Source: a candidate division TM6 bacterium GW2011_GWF2_32_72 (GTDB lineage: Bacteria; Babelota; Babeliae; Babelales; GWF2-32-72). From it: 64,000 nucleotides of DNA. The notes beneath the pieces are model-generated. The model searched no databases. It saw nothing but the letters and a program-made list of their open reading frames with translations, and was not told the origin of the DNA. Shown here piece by piece: positions 38,469 to 46,781 of this stretch (position 1 is the first letter of the stretch; each line of letters starts with the position of its first letter). The stretch spans positions 8,096 through 72,095 of the forward strand of contig LBON01000001.1 of assembly GCA_000989525.1 (NCBI GenBank). The letters run 5' to 3'. The position numbers were made by a program, and so were the translations under genes.

Positions 38469-38993
38469 TTATTTTCTAAGCCAACCAAAACTCCAAAAAC
38501 TTGGTTTTAAATTAATTTTCCAAAAAGAATAATTCCAAAAACTTGCAACAGAAATCCACAATAAATATGGCAAAAGCAATAAAACAACCGTTTTTGAGCG
38601 CTTATAAGACAACAACATTATAAAAACCAATGATAAAATCAAAGCAAGAACAATGTAAAAAGAAAGGCAGAACATTTGAGCTCTAAAAAAAACATAGCAC
38701 CAAGAAAAATTTAATATTGCGTTGACTGATAACAAAGCAATAATAGTCCAAAAGATTTTGTCTCTTTTAAAATTATTCCAAATTAATAAAGCGGCCCAAG
38801 AAGTCATAAAAAATATCGCCGCCCAAACAAAAGAGAAAACCCATGAGGGTGGCACACCGGCTGGCTTTGTAAGAGCGGAATACCACTTCATACCACCCTC
38901 CGTGAACAATTCTCCCAAAAGGGGAACTAACACGCCTATTAATGGAATTAAAATATAATTTGGCTTAACAACCAAGCCTTCAGATTTTTTCAT
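38469..38993 (-). CDS. tspO: TspO/MBR-family tryptophan-rich sensory (translocator) protein.
   Basis: Five-TM hydrophobic profile rich in Trp and Phe (WY..L.KP...PP.WVFSFVW...F...W) typical of TspO. Length is 174 aa. Confidence 0.7.
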   Translation of the reverse strand: MKKSEGLVVKPNYILIPLIGVLVPLLGELFTEGGMKWYSALTKPAGVPPSWVFSFVWAAIFFMTSWAALLIWNNFKRDKIFWTIIALLSVNAILNFSWCYVFFRAQMFCLSFYIVLALILSLVFIMLLSYKRSKTVVLLLLPYLLWISVASFWNYSFWKINLKPSFWSFGWLRK

Positions 38994-39074
38994 AAAGAAA
39001 TCTCCTTAAGTTAAAAACACAACGCTTTTATCCTAAGGAGATCATATTTATTAAGTCAATAGATCAAAATAAAT

Positions 39075-41780
39075 TTAAACTCGACCAACTTTTAATTCGA
39101 TCATATTATTAGTATTCAAAACCTTCTTTGCTGCATCAAGAACCTCTTCTTTTGATATTTTTTCAAGTTTAGAAATTCTTGTATCAAAATAATCTGCTGG
39201 AAATCCAAACCTATCTAAAAATAAGAAAGTCGAAGCTATACTTGCATTTGATGAGAAGAAATTTATCAAAGCACTTTCAACAGCACGCTTGGCTTCTTCA
39301 AGCTCTTGATCTGTCATATTGTTTGCAGACGTATTAATAGTAGCCTTAATAACATCAACTGCCTCCTTTAATCTATCATTAGAAACAATTGTCTTAACTA
39401 TGCAAATACCTGGTTGAATATCTGCGCCAGAAATTAAAGAACCCGCAATTGTATAAAATAAACCTGATTGTTCGCGAAGATCAAATAATCGTGAACTCAT
39501 AGATCCAAGGGCGCCACCACCAAAAACCTGATCAAACAAAAGCAACTTTTCATAATCCTTATTTAATCTATCAATAGAAAGTCCCGCAAAAGAAAGAACT
39601 GTTTGATCCCTATTAATTGGATAATTAATAACCTTAAATTCAACCGGTTCTAATTTAGGGAAATGAACATCTTCAACTAAACCGCCTTTCCAAGAAGACA
39701 AACATTTATTCAAAGATTTATTTATATCATATTTACCTAAATCACCAACAATGGATATCTTTGCTCCCCTTGGTGAAATATTCTTATTATAAAAATCAAC
39801 CAAATCCTTTTTTGTAATAGAATTTATACTTTCAATCGTTCCTAGAGAACATTTACTATATGGATGATTCTTATAAATATGTTCACTCAATATTTGATTG
39901 CTAAATTTTGTAGGTGTATCCCAAAAATATTTAACATCAGAAAGAATTTGTGCTCGAACTTTTTCAACTGATTTTTCATCAAAAATTGATCTGCATAAAA
40001 TTTCTTCCAATATCTCTAAACCCTTTTCAAAATCTTGAGAAAGCATGCTCAAATGAATATAGCCAGGTGTTGTTGCAATAGTCATTCCATATTGTTCAAT
40101 TTCCTGAGCAAGTTCTGTTGCTGTATAATTTTTTGTACCCTCTAGCAACATTTCACTAACAAAACTTCCCAGCCCTTGTTTATTTTCTGGATCATAATAG
40201 GATTTTGCTTTAAGTTCGAGAACCAAACAAATCTTTGGTATATGCGAATCATTATAATAAAAAACTTTGGCTCCATTTGATAATTCAAACTTGCTTGCTT
40301 TAGGAAAATCAAACCTATCTAATTGTTTAGGATTAACTTTATTTGCATAATTAGGTTCTTCAACCAATGATTCTCTTTGCTTATCAGATAAAAATTCAGT
40401 GTCCTGTTTATCTGATTCTTCCTGCATCTCAAGCCAAACAGCCTTTTCTTTTTCTTCTATAGGTAAAACAAAACCCTTATGCATCATAGAAGGGCGCAAA
40501 TATTTAGAAGCTATAGCCTTTATTTCTGCCTCAAGCGTTGATGAATCATGGTTCATATAATCAAACATATAGTTTTCATCACCTGTTGCTAAATAAGTTC
40601 TGCCAATAAATTGAGCCTGACTTTGATTATTTTCTAAAACAGATAAAAATGAAGAAAGCGTTTTTTTAATAGCTCGCTGCAATTCTTTTTCACCAATTCC
40701 CTTTTCTACTATCGACCTAATTTCTTCATCGATAATTTGTTCAATTTTTTCAACATCTTTTATATCTTTTGGCTGGAAGAAAATTAAAAACAAACCATAA
40801 TCAAATAAATCTTCTGAATATGTATCCAAACTTGTTACCAACTGAAGTTCATCAACAAGCCTTCTTTGTAATCTAGAACTTTTACCAGAGCCTATAATTC
40901 TATTCATGATGTCTAAAACATAATCTTTTTTAGACTTAGCGCCAGGAACAACAAAAGCGAATATTCCCACGGGTTCATTAATATCTCTATGTAAAACAAT
41001 TGTCCTAGAAACCAAATCAGGATTGTGATAATAAGTTTCGCGCTTGTAATTATGGTTAGGTTTAATATGCTTAAAGTTGCGTTCAGCCTCGTCAAAAACA
41101 ACATCTGGTTCAACGTCACCAACAACAACTAATGTTGCGTTATTTGGAACATAATGTTTTTTATAAAATGCGTCCAAATTTTCTCTAGTCAAACTCCAAA
41201 GATCCTGTTTGTAACCAATTATTGGATTATGATAAGGGTGATCCGGGAACACTTCTGATATTAAATTATCTATCAATGCGTGAGTTGCATCGTCCTTATA
41301 CATTTTTAATTCTTGAATAACGGCCTTTAACTCAGAATTAAGCATGTCTGTTTTAAAAGTGCAACCAGTCATGCAATCTGCAAAAACCGGCAAAGCTTCT
41401 TTCCAGTTGCTTTTAGGCAAATCGAATAAATAACCTGTGTAATCATAAGAAGTAAACGCATTTGCAGAACCAGAAAGTTTATGGGTCAACATATTAATAT
41501 CAGACTCTGAAAGTTTTTTGGTGCCCTTAAAAATCATATGTTCAATAAAATGGGCCAAACCCTTTTCACCCGACTTTTCATCTTTGGAACCAACCCCATA
41601 CCACAACTGCAAAGATACCTTTGGAATTTTATGGTTTGGATAAACCAAAACAGTTAATCCATTTTTTAAAACCTTTTTAAAAACCTTTTGGTTTGCAACC
41701 ACTGGCATAGGACAAGACCCTTCCAAATAAAAAAATCCAATTAAACAACAAAAAAAACAATTAAAAAAACGAAGCCTCAT
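39075..41780 (-). CDS. Secreted double-module M16 (pitrilysin/insulinase-family) zinc peptidase.
   Basis: A signal peptide precedes the inverted zinc motif HFIEHMIFKGT (HxxEH). The 901-aa length fits two M16 active/inactive halves. Confidence 0.8.
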   Translation of the reverse strand: MRLRFFNCFFCCLIGFFYLEGSCPMPVVANQKVFKKVLKNGLTVLVYPNHKIPKVSLQLWYGVGSKDEKSGEKGLAHFIEHMIFKGTKKLSESDINMLTHKLSGSANAFTSYDYTGYLFDLPKSNWKEALPVFADCMTGCTFKTDMLNSELKAVIQELKMYKDDATHALIDNLISEVFPDHPYHNPIIGYKQDLWSLTRENLDAFYKKHYVPNNATLVVVGDVEPDVVFDEAERNFKHIKPNHNYKRETYYHNPDLVSRTIVLHRDINEPVGIFAFVVPGAKSKKDYVLDIMNRIIGSGKSSRLQRRLVDELQLVTSLDTYSEDLFDYGLFLIFFQPKDIKDVEKIEQIIDEEIRSIVEKGIGEKELQRAIKKTLSSFLSVLENNQSQAQFIGRTYLATGDENYMFDYMNHDSSTLEAEIKAIASKYLRPSMMHKGFVLPIEEKEKAVWLEMQEESDKQDTEFLSDKQRESLVEEPNYANKVNPKQLDRFDFPKASKFELSNGAKVFYYNDSHIPKICLVLELKAKSYYDPENKQGLGSFVSEMLLEGTKNYTATELAQEIEQYGMTIATTPGYIHLSMLSQDFEKGLEILEEILCRSIFDEKSVEKVRAQILSDVKYFWDTPTKFSNQILSEHIYKNHPYSKCSLGTIESINSITKKDLVDFYNKNISPRGAKISIVGDLGKYDINKSLNKCLSSWKGGLVEDVHFPKLEPVEFKVINYPINRDQTVLSFAGLSIDRLNKDYEKLLLFDQVFGGGALGSMSSRLFDLREQSGLFYTIAGSLISGADIQPGICIVKTIVSNDRLKEAVDVIKATINTSANNMTDQELEEAKRAVESALINFFSSNASIASTFLFLDRFGFPADYFDTRISKLEKISKEEVLDAAKKVLNTNNMIELKVGRV

Positions 41781-41872
41781 AATTCCAACTCCCCAAAAGC
41801 TAATGTTTAATTTTAAGAAAAAACTGATATATTAAAACAAGTTTTCATATAAAGTATAGAAGTTAGACCATA

Positions 41873-42991
41873 ATGACAAGACAACCAATCAATTTTAATG
41901 CTTTTTCATTTAACCTGCCCTGGGTTCCTCCACTTATTATTGAAGCGAGCAGCTTAATGCTTGGAATTTCAATAGGGCACTCAATGCCTTCCTGGATAGG
42001 TATGTTAACCGCTTTGCTAAGTTTATATTTTACAATTAAATTAAGTACATTTTCACAACCGTTAATTTGTGCCTGCTGTTTTACGTTTGGTGTAATTTCT
42101 CTGCAAATTCAAAAAGATTATTACTCAAATCTGTATACAATAACCCAAAATAAAAACTTTAGTATTGTTGGTACAGTAGAAGAAATTTCAGAAAACATAG
42201 ATAACAAATTTCCATATTTAACTGTAATAACAACAAAAAAAATAAAGCCTTATAGTGTTAAAAAGTGGTTAAACTCTGAGCACAAAATCCAAATTTACTC
42301 AATAAACAAACCCTATGTTCAACCCGGTGATAAAATATTTGTAAGAAAAATAAAAATAAGTAAGCCTAAAAATTCTTTTCTTAACCACTTAATAAAAGAA
42401 GGAGCATCAGGAACGTTTTTTACGAATACCTTCTATGCAAAAAAATTAAAAAAAGATGAGTCCTATCTTCAAAAATTAGAAAAATTCAAAAAACAATTGT
42501 TGTTAAAACTAAAAAATAAAATCAATCCTGAAAGTTATTCTCTAGTTAGTTCTGTTTTTTTTGGACAAAAAAGTGAAAACAAACAACAAACTATCGAACA
42601 AAAAAACAATTTTAAAACCTGGGGGCTATCGCATCAGCTAGCCAGATCAGGACTGCATTTGGCAATTTTTATTTTATTATGGCAAATACTGCTTTCTTTT
42701 ATTCCCATTCATATCAAAATCAAACAAATTACAGTTCTTTTAATGGGATCAATATATGGCCTATTAACCTGGTGGAGCATCTCATTTTTTAGAGCTTTTT
42801 TATGTTTTTTTCTTTATAAAACCAATGAACTTTTTGAACTTCAATCAAATTTTACATATCTACTTACTCTAACGTGCTTAATTTCCCTAGTTTTTAATCC
42901 AATTCAATTATTTTTCTTGGATTTTCAACTAAGCTTTGCGCTTACTTTTGCCCTTTCTACAACAGGATTGTTTAAGACTAATCAAATATAA
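41873..42991 (+). CDS. ComEC/Rec2-family membrane protein, truncated to the N-terminal portion (OB-fold region plus the start of the competence domain). It lacks the metallo-beta-lactamase domain.
   Basis: N-terminal TMs are followed by a DUF4131-like OB segment, then ...WGLSHQLARSGLHLAIFILLWQIL (the ComEC tGl.HLlaISGlH pattern). The ORF ends after 372 aa with no continuing frame. Confidence 0.45.
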   Translation: MTRQPINFNAFSFNLPWVPPLIIEASSLMLGISIGHSMPSWIGMLTALLSLYFTIKLSTFSQPLICACCFTFGVISLQIQKDYYSNLYTITQNKNFSIVGTVEEISENIDNKFPYLTVITTKKIKPYSVKKWLNSEHKIQIYSINKPYVQPGDKIFVRKIKISKPKNSFLNHLIKEGASGTFFTNTFYAKKLKKDESYLQKLEKFKKQLLLKLKNKINPESYSLVSSVFFGQKSENKQQTIEQKNNFKTWGLSHQLARSGLHLAIFILLWQILLSFIPIHIKIKQITVLLMGSIYGLLTWWSISFFRAFLCFFLYKTNELFELQSNFTYLLTLTCLISLVFNPIQLFFLDFQLSFALTFALSTTGLFKTNQI

Positions 42992-43081
42992 ATTTATTCA
43001 AACCATTGACTCATAAGCCAACAATAAAATAAACTTAAATTTGAGTATTAATAAAAGGGGATCTTTCTTTAGGGGGAAATA

Positions 43082-44521
43082 ATGAAGAAAACCATATTCT
43101 GTATATCTAATCTTTTCTTAACGGCCGCATTTTTTGCAACGGTTCATTCCACAGACCAATCATTTGAAAGTTTTTATCCTGAAAATTACAGCACAAAAAA
43201 CATAACAGACAAGGAATGCACAGAAGAAATAAAATCACCAAAACAAACAAAAAAGTGGACCATAATGGTTTATATGGCGGCAGATAACGATTTAAGAAGA
43301 TACGCCATTCAAAATATTGAAGAAATGTTAAAAATTGGATCAACAAACTATGCCAATATGATAATTCATTTAGATATAAGAGAAAATCAAAAGAAAAAAG
43401 TTACACACAGATACTTTGTTGAACCAAATAAACTAACCAAATTAAATACACAAAGTAATGAACAGTGTATGGATAGTGGAGCGCCAGAAACATTTATCGG
43501 ATTTTGCAAACAAGCCATCCAATTATTTCCAGCAGAAAAATATGCTGTAATATTCTGGAATCATGGAACTGGTCCACTGGACCCATATAGAAGTAAAATT
43601 TTAAATCCAAATAACTTCTTTAAATACAACCCTAATAATGATGTGCTAGAAATTGACAGGTCTTTGGCATTCTTTGATTCAATAGAAGAGGAAAGCACAC
43701 TATCTGCCATCGCGCCTAAACCAGAAGGACGAGGAATTTGTTTTGATGACTCAACAAGAAATTATATCACAAATGCAAAATTAGATACCTGCTTAGAACA
43801 AGTTAGAAAAGAAGCATTGAATAATGCAAAGTTTGATATAGTTGGCTTTGACGCTTGCTTAATGAGCGGAATTGAAATTGCAAATATTGTAAAAAAACAC
43901 AGCAAAATTATGATAGCCTCTCAAGAAATTGAGCTTGCAGCAGGATGGAAATATGATAAAATTCTCCAAGCTCTTCAACAAGCAAATGTTTCAGCAGAAA
44001 GTCTTTCAAAGACTATAGTTGATATCTATAGACATGCGTACAATCCAATAACAAAAGACCTAACTCTTTCTGCTTTAAATATGGATGCCATACAACATAT
44101 CGAAAACAATATTAACATCGTCTCTCAATTGCTAAATAGCGCACTAGATTTACAAAATGAACAAAGTGTTATAACGCAACTTAAGGATTGTAGAAACAAA
44201 CACAAATGCACACAATTTGAAGAGCCAAGCTATGTTGACCTTGGACATCTTTATAAAAACCTTGCTGCCGCCACAAACTCAATGAAGTTAGTAGATGCAG
44301 AAAAGGAAAAACAATTCCATAAAGATTTTAAATTAGCTATATCAGAAGGCTTAAAATTGATTGATCAAAGCATTATAGATATATACACAGGGGGCAACAT
44401 CAAAGAGGCCAAAGGTATTTCAATATACTTCCCTGAAAAAAGAATTCACAACTCATACCCGTACACACCATTTGCAAAAACAAATAATTGGATAAACCTA
44501 TTGCCTAAATATTTTAAATAA
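43082..44521 (+). CDS. Secreted clostripain-like (peptidase family C11) cysteine protease.
   Basis: A signal peptide precedes WTIMVYMAADNDL... The His block is AVIFWNHGTG and the Cys block is VGFDACLMSG, matching the C11 His/Cys dyad context. An RBS (aaagggg) is present. Confidence 0.65.
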   Translation: MKKTIFCISNLFLTAAFFATVHSTDQSFESFYPENYSTKNITDKECTEEIKSPKQTKKWTIMVYMAADNDLRRYAIQNIEEMLKIGSTNYANMIIHLDIRENQKKKVTHRYFVEPNKLTKLNTQSNEQCMDSGAPETFIGFCKQAIQLFPAEKYAVIFWNHGTGPLDPYRSKILNPNNFFKYNPNNDVLEIDRSLAFFDSIEEESTLSAIAPKPEGRGICFDDSTRNYITNAKLDTCLEQVRKEALNNAKFDIVGFDACLMSGIEIANIVKKHSKIMIASQEIELAAGWKYDKILQALQQANVSAESLSKTIVDIYRHAYNPITKDLTLSALNMDAIQHIENNINIVSQLLNSALDLQNEQSVITQLKDCRNKHKCTQFEEPSYVDLGHLYKNLAAATNSMKLVDAEKEKQFHKDFKLAISEGLKLIDQSIIDIYTGGNIKEAKGISIYFPEKRIHNSYPYTPFAKTNNWINLLPKYFK

Positions 44522-44609
44522 TAAAAAACAAACTAAAGGGATACTTCTTAAACGAATTTTTTTCATGTAATCTTTTTTATGCAATCTTCAAAAAAAGAAA
44601 GTTAATTCC

Positions 44610-45173
44610 ATGAACAAAATAAATGAATTAGAAAAACTTAAACAAATGTATATAAATTGCACCTCCTGCCCGCTCGCAAAACTTGGCCGCACACAGGTTG
44701 TTTTTGGCTGCGGCAACCCTAATGCCAAATTAATGTTAATCGGGGAAGCACCAGGCAAAAATGAAGACATTCAAGGCGAACCATTTGTTGGCAGGGCAGG
44801 AAAGCTTCTTGCACAAATATTAGAATCTTGTGGAATTAACCGCAAAGACATTTATATAACAAACATTGCAAAATGCAGACCGCCACACAACAGAACTCCT
44901 CTGCCAGAAGAATCAAAAGCCTGCAAAACGCTTATCTTGGAAAAGCAAATAGAAATAATTCAGCCAAAAATAATCTGCACACTCGGCTCATGCGCAACAC
45001 AAGCCATTTTGGGGCGTCCTGTTCAAATAACAAAAGAAAGAGGCCAAACTATAAAAACCAATCTTGGCCTTATTCTTCCAACATTGCATCCGGCATACAT
45101 TTTACGCAATAAAACTAAATATAAATTATTGGCAGAAGACATTGAGTCTGCGATAAAATTTTCAAAAAGCTAA
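44610..45173 (+). CDS. ung: Uracil-DNA glycosylase, family 4.
   Basis: The Fe-S cysteines (CTSCPL) and the family-4 motifs GEAPGKNEDIQGEPFVGRAGKLL and HPAY are present. Confidence 0.85.
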   Translation: MNKINELEKLKQMYINCTSCPLAKLGRTQVVFGCGNPNAKLMLIGEAPGKNEDIQGEPFVGRAGKLLAQILESCGINRKDIYITNIAKCRPPHNRTPLPEESKACKTLILEKQIEIIQPKIICTLGSCATQAILGRPVQITKERGQTIKTNLGLILPTLHPAYILRNKTKYKLLAEDIESAIKFSKS

Positions 45174-45210
45174 AACATTACTCCAAAGAACACTAAATAC
45201 AAATAGAAAA

Positions 45211-45252
45211 TGTGGATAACTTGTGGATAACCTGTGGATAACTTGTGGATAA
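45211..45252 (+). promoter_or_regulatory. Array A of four perfect DnaA boxes (TGTGGATAA orientation) at exact 11-bp spacing.
   Basis: tgtggataa occurs at 45211, 45222, 45233 and 45244. Confidence 0.8.
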
Positions 45253-45364
45253 CTCAAAAAACAATAATTTTAAAATATCTAGAAACGTCTAGCCAGAGCA
45301 TAATTCGGCAAATCAGAAAAACCAAAATGTCGGCTGGAAAGAGTTATTCGACACGTCAAAAAAG

Positions 45365-45417
45365 TTATCCACAAGTTATCCACAAGTTATCCACAGGTTA
45401 TCCACAGGTTATCCACA
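45365..45417 (+). promoter_or_regulatory. Array B of five perfect DnaA boxes (TTATCCACA orientation) at 11-bp spacing, inverted relative to array A.
   Basis: ttatccaca occurs at 45365, 45376, 45387, 45398 and 45409. Confidence 0.8.
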
Positions 45418-45499
45418 TTGCGCAAAAGTCTGGATTTGACGTATAGAAGAAAGTATACACAGAAAAGACTCGCCCAAATTTCCCCAAAAAGACGCTCAC

Positions 45500-45660
45500 C
45501 TATTATTATTAATTAATAATATAAGATATATATATATAAATAATTACAGACCATTTAAAAATTTGGTTTATATAAAAAAGCGATAATCTTCCATTTTCTA
45601 AAAAATTATATAAACTAAAAGGCATGACTTTAAAGCCATATATTAATTAATAACTAGTTA
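45500..45660. other. AT-rich putative DNA-unwinding element adjacent to the DnaA-box arrays.
   Basis: Stretches such as ttattattaattaataatataagatatatatatataaataattaca are nearly 100% A/T over tens of bp. Confidence 0.5.
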
Positions 45661-45666
45661 GGTCTT

Positions 45667-46758
45667 ATGAAAAATACTATAAATTTATTAGAAGTGATCC
45701 AAAGCTTAGAAGAAGAGCGCGGTCTTGATCGAGCTGTTCTTGCGGATATTGTTTGCGAAGGCATGCTTGCAGCATATTCAAAAAAATATCCAGATTTAGA
45801 GCTTAAAGTTTCCCTTGATCAAAAAACAGGCGACCTTGTTGTAGAGGTTAAGAAAAATATTGTAACATCAGTCGAAAATTCTGAATCTGAAATTACTGTG
45901 CGAAAAGCAAAGGGTTTTGACACTAAGGCTGAGGTGGGCGGAGAAATCTGGCTACCATTCGATGAAGAAATTGGCCGAGTCGAAATCTTGCGAGCAAAGC
46001 AGGTGATTACCGGAAAAATTCGAGCCGTGGAAGCGCTTGCCGTTTACAACGAATTTATTGGGAAAAAGGGCACCATTGTTGTTGGCGTTATTCATAAATG
46101 CGAGTTCGGTGGAGCCTCAGTGAAGCTTCAAGATGATGCGATGGCGTTTTTACCAAAATCTTTAACGCTACCATCAGACAAATGTGTTCCGGGACATCCT
46201 GTGCGAGCATTGTTGAAAGAAGTTTACGAAGAGCCTAGAAAAGAAAATCAACTTATTCTTGATCGAGCATCTGCTGAATTTTTGCAGCGATTGGTTGAGT
46301 TGGAAGTTCCAGAGGTTTTTGAAAAGATAGTGGAAATAAAAAAAATAGTTAGAGCTCCTGGCTACAAGTCCAAAATGGTTGTTGCTTCGAATGATAAAAA
46401 CATTGATCCTGTTGGAACATGTGTTGGTGTTGGTGGTGGTCGTATAAAGCCTATCTTAAAAGAAATTGGCGGAGAAAGAATTGATATAATTTCTGCTTCC
46501 GGCAGTCTTGAAAGCTTTATAAAAGATGCCCTTAAGCCTGCAGAGGTTAGTCGGGTTGAGATTAAAGGCGATGATTCTGTGAATGTTTGGTTAGAAGATG
46601 ATCAACGCTCTTTGGCTATCGGTAAAATGGGCCAAAATATTTCTCTTGCCTCACAGCTTGTTGGAAGACATATTAATTTGGTTCAATCACAGGAATCTGC
46701 GGAACGAGATGCTTTGGTTGATGATGAAGCGAATGGCGCTTTTGATGATGAAGAATAA
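45667..46758 (+). CDS. nusA: Transcription termination/antitermination factor NusA.
   Basis: An N-terminal domain, an S1 domain and two KH domains are present (IDPVGTCVGVGGGRIKPILKEIGGERIDII). The tail is acidic. Confidence 0.9.
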   Translation: MKNTINLLEVIQSLEEERGLDRAVLADIVCEGMLAAYSKKYPDLELKVSLDQKTGDLVVEVKKNIVTSVENSESEITVRKAKGFDTKAEVGGEIWLPFDEEIGRVEILRAKQVITGKIRAVEALAVYNEFIGKKGTIVVGVIHKCEFGGASVKLQDDAMAFLPKSLTLPSDKCVPGHPVRALLKEVYEEPRKENQLILDRASAEFLQRLVELEVPEVFEKIVEIKKIVRAPGYKSKMVVASNDKNIDPVGTCVGVGGGRIKPILKEIGGERIDIISASGSLESFIKDALKPAEVSRVEIKGDDSVNVWLEDDQRSLAIGKMGQNISLASQLVGRHINLVQSQESAERDALVDDEANGAFDDEE

Positions 46759-46781
46759 TTTTTAGTATTTAGAGTGGGCCC

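Noticed and set aside
41873-42991. Truncated ComEC-like gene. Considered for annotation as a pseudogene.
   Set aside because: It has a clean start, an intact frame and a stop, and no frameshifted remnant downstream. Truncation alone does not prove loss of function, so it is reported as a CDS with a note.
45211-45417. Short direct repeats with a regular period. Considered as a CRISPR-like array.
   Set aside because: The repeat unit is 9 bp on an 11-bp period with only 2-bp 'spacers'. The units are perfect DnaA boxes arranged as two inverted arrays. No cas genes are present.
45234-45446. 70-aa ORF spanning the DnaA-box arrays.
   Set aside because: Its translation is just the repeated boxes read in frame (…YPQVIH…YPQVIH…). 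There is no RBS. It is an artefact of the 11-bp repeat.
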